Made by a program: the position numbers and the translations under genes
Shown here: positions 7,874 to 16,373 of the stretch, in pieces
Numbering within the stretch: position 1 is the stretch's first letter
Layout: each line of letters opens with the position of its first letter
Assembly: GCF_008065095.1 (NCBI RefSeq)
Contig: NZ_CP042911.1
Coordinates: 150,001-182,000 of the forward strand
Length of the DNA stretch: 32,000 nt
Direction: 5' to 3'
Origin: Gemmata obscuriglobus
Lineage (GTDB): Bacteria; Planctomycetota; Planctomycetia; Gemmatales; Gemmataceae
The notes under the pieces: model-generated
The model's database searches: none
What the model saw: only the letters and a program-made list of their open reading frames with translations
Told to the model about the DNA's origin: nothing

Positions 7874-7941
7874 TTGTGACACGGACACTCCTATCTGTGC
7901 GGCTTTTTCGCCCAGCATAGACCGGAGTGTCCGTGTCACAA
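7874..7941. repeat. 18-bp perfect inverted repeat (TTGTGACACGGACACTCC ... GGAGTGTCCGTGTCACAA) with a 32-nt spacer, between convergent genes
   Basis: The arms at 7874-7891 and 7924-7941 were checked base by base. It lies between the stop at 7829 (+) and the stop at 8009 (-). A third partial copy, CGGACACT, occurs at 7832-7839. It could be a bidirectional terminator or a small repeat element. Confidence 0.6.
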
Positions 7942-8008
7942 AAACATCAGCCAAAAACGGGCGCCAGCAATCGGACCGTGAATGAGGCGCCCGGTGACCG
8001 CTTCGGTA

Positions 8009-8302
8009 TCAGATGTCACCGAAACGCGCGGTGCCCAACGGCATCGTGAACTTGTTCAGCACCGCTTCATGTGCGCCGAACAATAGCGCCCAAAATGCGT
8101 CGCCCTCGGTGCGGGGCTGTGCCGGCGACGCGGGCGGTTCGCTCACGACCGCGGGAGATTCGGGGAGGAAGTGGTCGCGGGTCACCGGGTCGATTTCGCG
8201 CCCCTCGACGTGTGGGCGCGGCTGCAACCCCGGCGGGGCTGCCGACACCGCGCCGACCGCTGACACCACGCACACACAGCCCAGCAAAACGCGCCGCAAC
8301 AT
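8009..8302 (-). CDS. Small secreted hypothetical protein (97 aa)
   Basis: The internal ATG at 8302 gives MLRRVLLGCVCVVSAVGAVSAAPP, a signal-peptide-like start. GC3 is high throughout. The longer track ORF (to 8626) adds an Arg-rich, unconvincing N-terminus. I recognise no family. Confidence 0.45.
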   Translation of the reverse strand: MLRRVLLGCVCVVSAVGAVSAAPPGLQPRPHVEGREIDPVTRDHFLPESPAVVSEPPASPAQPRTEGDAFWALLFGAHEAVLNKFTMPLGTARFGDI

Positions 8303-8519
8303 CCGTTGGCACCCGTGAGAGCGAACGACGAGCGGCGCGGTCCTTCGCGCCCCCGTCCGAGTTCGTCGGAGGGCAGGGGCATACCCGCTCGCCGCCGGGG
8401 CCGCAACGGCAATGCGTCGGCAGATGGGGTTGCAACGGACTTGACGCCGGCGGTAACATTCTCCGCTCGGCGCCCAACCCCTCGCCTCCGGTGAAAGGAC
8501 TCGCCCGGAAACGGCACGG

Positions 8520-9761
8520 ATGATGGCCGAACCGAACACCTCGTCGTCTCGAGTTGCCGCCCTCGACAATCTACGCGTTGTCGCCATGTTCCTCGGACTG
8601 GTGACGCACGGCGTGCTGCCGTACACCGCGACCGGTCTGATCGGGTTTCCGGTGCGCGATCACACCCGGCACGCCGCCGCCGACGTGTGCTTCTTCGCGG
8701 TCCACGACTTTCGTATGCAACTGTTTTTCTTGTTGGCCGGGTTCGGAGCGTGCGCGCTGGCGTCCCGGCGCGGGGCCAGTGAACTGGTCCGGAACCGGCT
8801 CGCGCGTGTCGCCCTGCCGCTGGCCCTCGCGGTACTGATTCTGTGCCCGGCGCTGCACCTGATTTTTGCTGCGCACACCGCCACCCGCGGGGCCACGTGG
8901 GCCGCTGACGGGGCCGGCGGCTGGGTCGGCCCGAACTTTCATTTGTGGTTTCTGTACTACTTGCTGATGTGTTGTGCGGTGTGGGTCGCGATCCGTTCCA
9001 TCGGATTGCGCCTTCCGTTTGGCATCGTGTGCGCCTTTGATGCGTTAGCCCGGCGCGCACTCGCTTCACGGTGGAAGGTGCCTGCTGTCGCCGCTATTGC
9101 GGTTCCGGTGCTGTGGGACATGCCGGCGTGGTGGATCGACACCCCGAAGGGCTGGGGGCCGGACATCACGGTGCTGGCGTACTACCTCGGGTTCTTTTTT
9201 GTTGGGGCGCTTCTCCACCGGCACCGGGACATGCTCGCGACCGTCGGTCGGCGGTGGGCGGTTCGGCTCGCTGTTGCGAACGTCGTGGTGCTCCCGCTGA
9301 TGCTGAAACTGACCGTTACAGGTAACTGGGCGGAAGAAGAACGCGACACCGACCCGGCACGCTTGGCCGTGTGGAAGGCGGTCGCGATATTCGTCGGCGG
9401 GCTGTACACCTGGCTGATGATCGGCGGGTTGATCGGACTGTTTCAGCGGTACTTCGCCGCGGGCGGGCCGCGGTGGGCGTACCTGGCGGACGCGTCGTAC
9501 TGGTGCTACCTCATCGGGTTCCCGGTGCAGGCGGCGTTTCAGGTGTGGTTCGCCCCGACCACGTTGCCGGTGGTCGCCGAGTTCTTGCTTGTGTGTGTGT
9601 TCACACTTGCGGTGTCACTGGCGAGCTACGAGTTGGGTGTGCGGCACACGCGACTCGGCGTGTTGCTGAACGGAAAGCGCCCGAAACGGGATCGCGGTCG
9701 GGTACCGGAACCGGTGCGCGACACACGACCGCGCCCGGTCCCGGCGGTTCACGTCGGTTAA
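8520..9761 (+). CDS. Acyltransferase family 3 integral membrane protein (OpgC/OafA-like)
   Basis: The N-terminal motif [25 protein letters not shown] is characteristic of acyltransferase-3 proteins. About 10 hydrophobic segments follow across the rest of the protein. Confidence 0.8.
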   Translation: MMAEPNTSSSRVAALDNLRVVAMFLGLVTHGVLPYTATGLIGFPVRDHTRHAAADVCFFAVHDFRMQLFFLLAGFGACALASRRGASELVRNRLARVALPLALAVLILCPALHLIFAAHTATRGATWAADGAGGWVGPNFHLWFLYYLLMCCAVWVAIRSIGLRLPFGIVCAFDALARRALASRWKVPAVAAIAVPVLWDMPAWWIDTPKGWGPDITVLAYYLGFFFVGALLHRHRDMLATVGRRWAVRLAVANVVVLPLMLKLTVTGNWAEEERDTDPARLAVWKAVAIFVGGLYTWLMIGGLIGLFQRYFAAGGPRWAYLADASYWCYLIGFPVQAAFQVWFAPTTLPVVAEFLLVCVFTLAVSLASYELGVRHTRLGVLLNGKRPKRDRGRVPEPVRDTRPRPVPAVHVG

Positions 9762-10864
9762 TCCATGAGCTTGCGGAACTCCTCGAACAGGTAGCTCGAA
9801 TCGTGCGGTCCGGCTGCCGCTTCGGGGTGGTACTGTACGCTGAACACCGGCAGCGTCGTGTGCCGTAACCCTTCCAGGGTGTTATCGTTCAGGTTGATGT
9901 GCGTCGGTTGCACGTCTTTCGGGAGCGTGGTGGGGTCCACCGCGAACCCGTGATTCTGCGTGGTGATCTCGATCTGCTTCGTGAGCTCGTTCCGCACCGG
10001 CTGGTTCGCCCCGCGGTGACCGAACTTCAGTTTGAAGGTGCTCGCGCCCAGCGCGAGGCCCAAGAGTTGGTGGCCGAGGCAGATTCCGAAAAGGGGCTTC
10101 TTCGGGATCAGTTGCTTGACCGTGTTGATGGCGTAGCCCACCGCGGCGGGGTCGCCGGGGCCGTTGGAGAGGAAGATCCCGTCCGGGTTGTGTGCGAGCA
10201 CTTCGTCCGCGCTCGCGGTCCCCGGGACGACGGTCACGTCGCACCCGACCTGTGTGAGGCAGCGCAGGATGTTCCACTTCATCCCGTAATCGATCGCCAC
10301 GACCTTCTTGGTGGCCGGGCGGTGCGGGAGCACGTGGTCCGCGAACGCGCCGAACCCCTTGTCCCACTTGAATGACTGCTTTGGTACCACTTCGGAAACT
10401 AAATCACGCCCCTCCATGCCGGGGAAGGCCCGCGCCTTCGCGACCAGGGAGGCGTCATCAAGGTCGGCGGTGGACAGGATGCCGTTCATCGACCCGCGGA
10501 CGCGGAGCCGGCGCACAAGCGCCCGCGTGTCGATGCCCTCAATGCCGACGACGTTGCTGGCCTTGAGGTAGCTGTCCAGGTCGCGGTCGGAGCGGAAGTT
10601 GCTTGGCACGCGGGTCAGCTCGCGGACGATGAACCCGGCGACGCGGACCGCGTTCGACTCCTCGTCGTCGGCGGTGGTGCCGTAGTTCCCGATGAGCGGG
10701 TACGTCATCGTGACGATCTGTCCGGTGTACGAAGGGTCGGTGAGGACCTCTTGGTAGCCCGCCATGGAGGTGTTGAACACCACCTCGCCGAGGGTCTCGC
10801 CGGTCGCGCCGAACCCACGACCGGTGAACACGGTTCCGTCCGCCAGAGCCAGTTTCGCGTGCAT
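9758..10864 (-). CDS. carA: Carbamoyl-phosphate synthase small (glutamine amidotransferase) subunit
   Basis: Full-length match to the CarA pattern: [15 protein letters not shown]...[36 protein letters not shown]. The GATase catalytic region is [10 protein letters not shown], and the protein ends with [10 protein letters not shown]. Confidence 0.95.
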   Translation of the reverse strand: MHAKLALADGTVFTGRGFGATGETLGEVVFNTSMAGYQEVLTDPSYTGQIVTMTYPLIGNYGTTADDEESNAVRVAGFIVRELTRVPSNFRSDRDLDSYLKASNVVGIEGIDTRALVRRLRVRGSMNGILSTADLDDASLVAKARAFPGMEGRDLVSEVVPKQSFKWDKGFGAFADHVLPHRPATKKVVAIDYGMKWNILRCLTQVGCDVTVVPGTASADEVLAHNPDGIFLSNGPGDPAAVGYAINTVKQLIPKKPLFGICLGHQLLGLALGASTFKLKFGHRGANQPVRNELTKQIEITTQNHGFAVDPTTLPKDVQPTHINLNDNTLEGLRHTTLPVFSVQYHPEAAAGPHDSSYLFEEFRKLMD

Positions 10865-11029
10865 GTGCTGCTATTCGTCTCTCTAGAGGTAAAGCGGCGC
10901 AAACTAGATGAATGATACGGACGGGGCGACCGATCGGATATCATAACGGGAACGATTCACGCCCCCGGAACGTCGAAACGACGGCCCTCGGCCCCTCGCC
11001 GGAAGGCCGGAACGGTGAAGAGCGAAGCC

Positions 11030-12559
11030 ATGCCGACCCCACTCGACCGCCGCAAGTTCTTCGGTTCGGCCGCCGCCCTGTCGCTGTCGGCGGCGAGTTA
11101 CGCGAACGTCGCGGGGAGCAACGCGCGCGTCCGGGTCGGCTTCCTGGGGTGCGGCGGGCGCGCGCAAGCGCACATCGACCTCGTGAACAAGTTCGCGGCG
11201 GAGGGGAAGCCCGTTCAGGCGGTCGCGGTGTGCGACGTGTGGGACGGGCTGGAAGACGAGTACGAGGTTCACTTCGGCGGGAAAGCCACCCGGCGCCGGT
11301 ACGCGCAGGGGCTCCACCCGTCCGCCCGAAAGTGCGGTCTGGATCGCGCGGACAAGTCGCACGTCACGAAGGACTACCGGGTCGTGCTGGACCGCGCCGA
11401 CGTGGACGCGGTGTGCATCACGACCCCGGACCACTGGCACGGGCGCATGACGCTCGACGCGCTTTCCGCCGGCAAGGACGTGTACGTCGAGAAGCCCATG
11501 ACCCGCACCGCCGAGGAAGCGGTCGCTGTGGTGGACGCGTGGCGCCACACCGGGCGGGTGGTGACCGTGGGCGCGCAGTCGATGGCCGATGGTGTGTGGA
11601 TGCGGGCGTTCGACGCGATCCGGACGGGCGCGATCGGGCACGTGGCGCACGCGCAAACAGGGTTCTTCCGTAACGACGTGCGCGGTCAATGGCGGTTCTA
11701 TCGGCTCGCGCAGCAGATGACGCCCAAGACCGTGGACTGGGACCTGTTCCTTGGACACCAGTTCGAGTGCGCCGGCCGGCGGGTCGGGCCGACTCCGCGG
11801 GAGCAGCCGTTCGACCGCGCCACGTTCGCCCAGTGGCGGTGCCAGTGGCCGTTTTCGGGCGGGCCGTTCACCGACATGCTCTCGCATTACCTCACGCGCA
11901 TGAACGCCGCGATGGGCGTGCGGTTCCCGGCGCGGGTGGCCGCGGGCGGCGGGCTGTACCTCGAAACCGACGGGCGGGACGTGCCCGATGTGAGTACCGT
12001 CGTTGCCGACTACGACGAAGGCTGTCAGCTCGTGGCGACCGCCACCACCCTGAGCGGCTACCCGATGGAAGATGTGATCCGCGGGCGGCTGGGCGCGATC
12101 AAGTTCGTGAAGGGCGGGTTCCAGGTGTTCCGCGACGACCCGACCCGCGGCGCCAGCTTCCCGCCGCGGATGGAATCGGCACCGGAACCGTCGTCGTTTG
12201 TGGCCGTCGAGCCGCCGCGCAACGACACCGAAGCGATGTGGGGCAATTTCCTGGAGTGCATCCAGACGCGGCGGCAAAGCACCTTTTGCCCGCCGGATCT
12301 GGGTGCGGTTGCGGTCACGACCGCGGCGATGGCGGTGGAGAGCTACCGGACGGGTTCGGCGCTGTTCTGGGACAACGAGAAGCGGCAGATCGTACCGGCC
12401 GACCCGAGTTGGGCCGAGCGCGGAGAGCAGCGGAGCCGCCAGCGCGCGAAGCCGAATCAGATCTTCGGTTGGAGCGGCGGTGACGGTGGCGTCGTACAGC
12501 CGCCGTCCTATCAGTCGCTGGCCGGGCCGTGGCTGAACGGCAAAGATCCGGCCAGGTAA
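11030..12559 (+). CDS. Gfo/Idh/MocA-family NAD(P)-dependent oxidoreductase with a twin-arginine (Tat) signal
   Basis: MPTPLDRRKFFGSAAALSLSAASYANVAG is Tat-motif-like. The Rossmann start is VRVGFLGCGGRAQAHI. ITTPDHWHG and GKDVYVEKPM are typical of this family. An alternative GTG start lies at 11015. Confidence 0.85.
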   Translation: MPTPLDRRKFFGSAAALSLSAASYANVAGSNARVRVGFLGCGGRAQAHIDLVNKFAAEGKPVQAVAVCDVWDGLEDEYEVHFGGKATRRRYAQGLHPSARKCGLDRADKSHVTKDYRVVLDRADVDAVCITTPDHWHGRMTLDALSAGKDVYVEKPMTRTAEEAVAVVDAWRHTGRVVTVGAQSMADGVWMRAFDAIRTGAIGHVAHAQTGFFRNDVRGQWRFYRLAQQMTPKTVDWDLFLGHQFECAGRRVGPTPREQPFDRATFAQWRCQWPFSGGPFTDMLSHYLTRMNAAMGVRFPARVAAGGGLYLETDGRDVPDVSTVVADYDEGCQLVATATTLSGYPMEDVIRGRLGAIKFVKGGFQVFRDDPTRGASFPPRMESAPEPSSFVAVEPPRNDTEAMWGNFLECIQTRRQSTFCPPDLGAVAVTTAAMAVESYRTGSALFWDNEKRQIVPADPSWAERGEQRSRQRAKPNQIFGWSGGDGGVVQPPSYQSLAGPWLNGKDPAR

Positions 12560-12575
12560 AAGCACACCGACCCGT

Positions 12576-12626
12576 TGCGGTCGCGGCTCCGCAGTTCGGA
12601 GTCGCGACCGCAGCGGGCCGGTTTTT
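12576..12626. terminator. Intrinsic-terminator-like hairpin between convergent genes
   Basis: A 16-bp stem (12576-12591 / 12597-12612, with one G-U pair) and a 5-nt loop are followed by GCGGGCCGG and then TTTTT at 12622-12626. Confidence 0.6.
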
Positions 12627-12645
12627 ACGTTGATCGAGATGTCGA

Positions 12646-13077
12646 TCAGTTTCGGTTGCTGAGGCTCGTGGCGGCCGACTCTGTGGGGGCCGGCAGGTTC
12701 AGCTTGGTCACCGCGGTGTCCGCTGTGCCGATCATGTCGCGGAGCGTTTTGCGGAACGTGTCATACTGCCCCTGAAGGGCGTCCCGCTCGCCGGTACGGG
12801 CTTTCACTTCTGCCTTGAGTGCGTCGCGCTCGGCCGCAGCGGCCGAGTTGGCGTCTGCCAGCGCCTTCTTTTGTGTGGCTACGTTCTGTTCGGCCGCGAG
12901 CAGCTTTTGCCGCAGTTGCTCGCGTGTGGTGATCGCGCTGCGGTACTCTTCTTCCAGCTTTTCGAGCTTCGTGTTCTGGATTGCGGCCGTGCTCGGGGTA
13001 TCCGGCGCTTTCATGCACCCGTAGGCGCCGAGGGTGGTGACGAGCAGGAACGCAAGTATGCGGACGGAGCGGGTCAT
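12646..13077 (-). CDS. Coiled-coil lipoprotein (hypothetical)
   Basis: The signal plus lipobox is MTRSVRILAFLLVTTLGAYGC. AGGAG lies 8 nt upstream of the ATG. The remainder is heptad-like and charged (KLEKLEEEYRSAITTREQLRQKLLAAEQNVATQKKALADANSAAAAERDALKAEVKA). Confidence 0.75.
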   Translation of the reverse strand: MTRSVRILAFLLVTTLGAYGCMKAPDTPSTAAIQNTKLEKLEEEYRSAITTREQLRQKLLAAEQNVATQKKALADANSAAAAERDALKAEVKARTGERDALQGQYDTFRKTLRDMIGTADTAVTKLNLPAPTESAATSLSNRN

Positions 13078-13271
13078 CAGTTGTTTCTCCTGCGATCCCC
13101 GGCGCGACCGGGGGCGAACGGGCGGAACGGGATCTCCGAACGGCTTCGATTACCCCGTTTGCTTCGGCAGATGTAGATGACCCACTTCACGTAAACCGAT
13201 CCGTCTTCCTGACCGGCAGAGTCGACTGGCTATCCGTGTGTATCGTTGAGCACGGTTGTGCGGCCCCGCGC

Positions 13272-14504
13272 CTACTCGTCCGCATTGCCGTGGAACAAAC
13301 CCAAGTAGCTGTGATACCGACGAGAGGTAATAAGCCGCCGGGCTACGGCGTCCTTCACCGCGCAATTTAGCTCGTGCGTGTGGGTGCAGTCCGGGAAGCT
13401 GCACAGCGGTACAAAGGGTCGGAACTCGGGAAAGTACCCTTCCATTTCTTCCGGCCGCGCGTCCCAGAGCTGGAGCTGCCGCACACCTGGCGTGTCCACG
13501 ACCCACCCGCCGAAGTTGAGTTTGATGAGCTGCGAATAAGTGGTGGTGTGGCGCCCCTTTTGGTTGACCTCGCTGACCGATTTGACCGCCAGCGCCAAGT
13601 CCGGTTGCACCGCGTTGAGGAGCGACGACTTGCCCACGCCCGATTGCCCGGAGAATACGGTCGAGCGGCCGCGCAACTGTTCCTGTAACCGGGGAATGCC
13701 GTAGCCGGTGCGGGCGCTGCACAGGTAGACCGGTACGCCCATCTGGGCATACAGCCCGATGAGCGGCTGAAGTTCGGTGGGGTCGGTGAGCAGGTCGGCC
13801 TTGTTCAGGCACAGTACGGGTTTCAGCCCGCCCTGCTGGGCCGCCGCGAGGTAGCGGTCGATCAGGTGCGGCTTCAGGCTCGGCTCGACCAGCGACATCA
13901 CGATGACGAGCTGATCGACGTTCGCGACGAGCACGTGCTCGCGGCGCCGGCTGGCGCGGGTGAGCACCCCGTGCCGCGGCTCGACGCGCTCGATCATGCC
14001 TTCCTGAGGTGCCGACAGGCCGTCGCTCGTTGGCGGCTGCGGCGCGGCGTCGTCCGGCTCGCCGTTTCCGGCGTCGTCGGTCGGGCTGGGCGCGGGAGCC
14101 CGGCCGCTGGTGCCCGTGCCCGCGGGCCGGATCCACACCACGTCCCCGGTGGTTACGACGCTGCGCTCGTCGGTCGCGAGGCTTTTGAGCAGCCGGCGCA
14201 CGGCACAGCGGAAGACGCGGCCGTCGTCGGTTTCCACGACCGACGCGAGCCCGTGGACCCGCAGCACGCGCCCGCGCAGGCACTCGCCCACGTTCACCGC
14301 GGGCATGGCGGTGCCGTTCGCGGCCTCGTCCTGAACGACGGTGCGGTAGCGCGAAATCGCGCCCTTCGCGCGCACCCGCTCGTTGGTTCGGGCGTCGTCG
14401 GCGCGGCCGTCACCTTCCTTGAAGTCGCGGGTGATGTCGTTCTCGCGTGGCGGCTTCTCGCGGTTCTTCCGGAGTTCGACGCGCACCTTTTTCTTCTTGC
14501 TCAT
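13272..14504 (-). CDS. rsgA: Ribosome small-subunit-dependent GTPase A, with a basic N-terminal extension and a low-complexity insert
   Basis: It shows the circularly permuted GTPase order: NVDQLVIVMS, LNKADL, then the P-loop FSGQSGVGKSSLLN. The C-terminal zinc-finger context is CSFPDCTHTHELNCAV. Confidence 0.92.
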   Translation of the reverse strand: MSKKKKVRVELRKNREKPPRENDITRDFKEGDGRADDARTNERVRAKGAISRYRTVVQDEAANGTAMPAVNVGECLRGRVLRVHGLASVVETDDGRVFRCAVRRLLKSLATDERSVVTTGDVVWIRPAGTGTSGRAPAPSPTDDAGNGEPDDAAPQPPTSDGLSAPQEGMIERVEPRHGVLTRASRRREHVLVANVDQLVIVMSLVEPSLKPHLIDRYLAAAQQGGLKPVLCLNKADLLTDPTELQPLIGLYAQMGVPVYLCSARTGYGIPRLQEQLRGRSTVFSGQSGVGKSSLLNAVQPDLALAVKSVSEVNQKGRHTTTYSQLIKLNFGGWVVDTPGVRQLQLWDARPEEMEGYFPEFRPFVPLCSFPDCTHTHELNCAVKDAVARRLITSRRYHSYLGLFHGNADE

Positions 14505-14631
14505 GGGGGCATCTTAACCGGTTGGGGGTGGTTCCGCTGCGCAGCGCGCGGGACCGGGTTGATGGCGGTTGACACGCGCGCGGCGCCGGCCGACACTACA
14601 TCCACCGTTTTGCCCCTCTCCGGAGTGAGCC

Positions 14632-15663
14632 ATGCCCCGCACGCTGCCACTGTTCGTCTTGCTCATACTGCCGGCGGTCACGCGCGCCGCCGACGTTTCC
14701 GTCACCGTCGGCAAGAGCGCCGTCGAGTTCAAAGCCGGCACGCAGGTCGTGGCCCGGTACGCCACCGCGGAGTCGGTTGCGAAGCCGTACCTGTACCCGG
14801 TCCTGGCACCCAACGGCGTGGGTGTGACCCGGGCGTGGCCCGTCGAGAAGGGGCTGCCGGGCGAGGCCACCTCGGATCACGTTCACCAGAAGTCCGTGTG
14901 GTTCTGCCACGGCGATGTGATTCCGGAGGGGATCGCACTGAAGGTCAAGTCCGTAAATAAGGCCGACAAGGGGGTGGACTTTTGGAGCGAGGCGAGGGAC
15001 AAGGACGGCCCGCGACACGGGAAGATCAAGTGCGTGAAGGTCGGCGAGCCGAAGCAGCACGCGAAGAACCACGCGAGCGTCGAGACGCACAACGAATGGT
15101 TCACCCCGGACGGCGTGAAGATCATGGACGAGGTGCGCGTCATCCATTTCTTTGAAGGCGCTGAGGGCCGGACGTTCGCGTTCGACATCACGCTGAAAGC
15201 CACCGTGTGCCCGATCACGTTCGGCGACACCAAGGAGGGCTCGTTCGGCATCCGGGTTCACGACGGGCTGCGCCCGACCGAAAAGACCGGGGCGGTCGTG
15301 ACCACCGCCGAGGGCAAGGTGGTGGCGCCGCCGGTCAAGGACAACATGTCGATCTGGGGGCACCCGGCGCAGTGGATCGACTACTCGGGTAAGCTCGACG
15401 GTAAGGAAGTCGGAGTCGCGGTGTTCGACCACCCGAGTAACCCGAAATCGAACTGGCACGTTCGCGCTTACGGACTGAACGCGGCGAACCCGTTCGCCCG
15501 CGCGCACAGCGGGTTCCCGTCGCAAAAGGACGGCGCCGGCCCGCTGCTGAAACTGGACAAGGGCAGTGAGATGAAACTGAAATACGCGGTCTACGCGCAC
15601 ACCGGCGACGTGAAGACCGGTAAGGTTGCGGAGGCGTTTGAAGCGTTCAAGAGCACGAAGTGA
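14632..15663 (+). CDS. Secreted PmoA-family (methane-oxygenase-PmoA-like / DUF6807-type) protein
   Basis: The signal peptide is MPRTLPLFVLLILPAVTRAAD. The core KPYLYPVLAPNGVGVTR...DHVHQKSVWFCHGDV...VDFWSE matches the family pattern as I recall it (KPYFHPL...DHxHHxGLWFxHGDVNGxDFW). GGAG lies upstream of the ATG. Confidence 0.75.
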   Translation: MPRTLPLFVLLILPAVTRAADVSVTVGKSAVEFKAGTQVVARYATAESVAKPYLYPVLAPNGVGVTRAWPVEKGLPGEATSDHVHQKSVWFCHGDVIPEGIALKVKSVNKADKGVDFWSEARDKDGPRHGKIKCVKVGEPKQHAKNHASVETHNEWFTPDGVKIMDEVRVIHFFEGAEGRTFAFDITLKATVCPITFGDTKEGSFGIRVHDGLRPTEKTGAVVTTAEGKVVAPPVKDNMSIWGHPAQWIDYSGKLDGKEVGVAVFDHPSNPKSNWHVRAYGLNAANPFARAHSGFPSQKDGAGPLLKLDKGSEMKLKYAVYAHTGDVKTGKVAEAFEAFKSTK

Positions 15664-16373
15664 TGTCGGCGGGCTACGGCTTCGTGTTTTTGATCCTCGC
15701 TGCGTGCGCGGCGCTTGTGACGGCCGCGGCGCCGTGGCCCGTTCAGGTGGCAGGCGCCGCCGCAGCGGTGTCGTTTCTCGTCGTCGCGGTCGCGTATTTC
15801 GGGGCCGGCCCGCGGCTCCTGTGCAAACGGGCGAGCGGCCGCCGGGGCGCCTGGGCGTGGCCGGTTCACGGGCCGTACTTCGTTCTCGTCGCGCTGTCCT
15901 ACCGGCTCGCGGTTTGTGGCTCGCGTGAAGGCGCGTTCGTTCAGATCGTGCCCAACGTGTTCCTCGGCCGGCGCCTTACGGAACGAGAGGCGCGGCGGGT
16001 GGGTGGATGGCCGGCGGTGCTCGATTTGGCCGGCGAGCTTACCGACCCGCCGGTGCTGCGCGCCGCCCCTCACTACCGGTCGCTGCCGCTGCTCGACGCG
16101 ACCGCGCCGACTCAGGCCGTGCTGCGCGAGGCGGTCGGCTGGGTCAAGGACCGCGCCGCGAACGGCCCGGTGTACGTTCACTGCGCCCTCGGGCACGGGC
16201 GCAGCGCCTTGGTGGCTGCGGCGTATCTGCTCGCGACCGGAACGGTGACGAGCGCGAAGGAGGCGGTTGCTCACCTGCGCGGGTTGCGCCCGGGGGTTCG
16301 GTTGAACCGCGCCCAACGCGCCGCGCTGGACCGGTTCGCGGGCGGGCTCGCTACTTCGGCACCATCAGCGTGA
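15660..16373 (+). CDS. Membrane-anchored dual-specificity (CX5R) phosphatase
   Basis: Two to three N-terminal hydrophobic helices are followed by the DSP core VYVHCALGHGRSALVAAAYL. Candidate starts GTG 15660 and ATG 15663 overlap the upstream stop TGA (15661-15663). Confidence 0.8.
   Translation: MMSAGYGFVFLILAACAALVTAAAPWPVQVAGAAAAVSFLVVAVAYFGAGPRLLCKRASGRRGAWAWPVHGPYFVLVALSYRLAVCGSREGAFVQIVPNVFLGRRLTEREARRVGGWPAVLDLAGELTDPPVLRAAPHYRSLPLLDATAPTQAVLREAVGWVKDRAANGPVYVHCALGHGRSALVAAAYLLATGTVTSAKEAVAHLRGLRPGVRLNRAQRAALDRFAGGLATSAPSA

Noticed and set aside
10904-12565. 553-aa minus-strand ORF covering the whole Gfo/Idh/MocA gene
   Set aside because: It is antisense to a CDS with clear family motifs. 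Its translation is Arg/Pro/His/Gly-rich with no motifs, which is a typical high-GC shadow ORF.
13150-14960. ORFs 13150-14283 (-), 13866-14960 (+) and 14596-15600 (-) overlapping rsgA and the PmoA-like gene
   Set aside because: They are alternative-frame or antisense shadows, Arg-rich and without motifs. The rsgA and PmoA-like frames carry diagnostic motifs.
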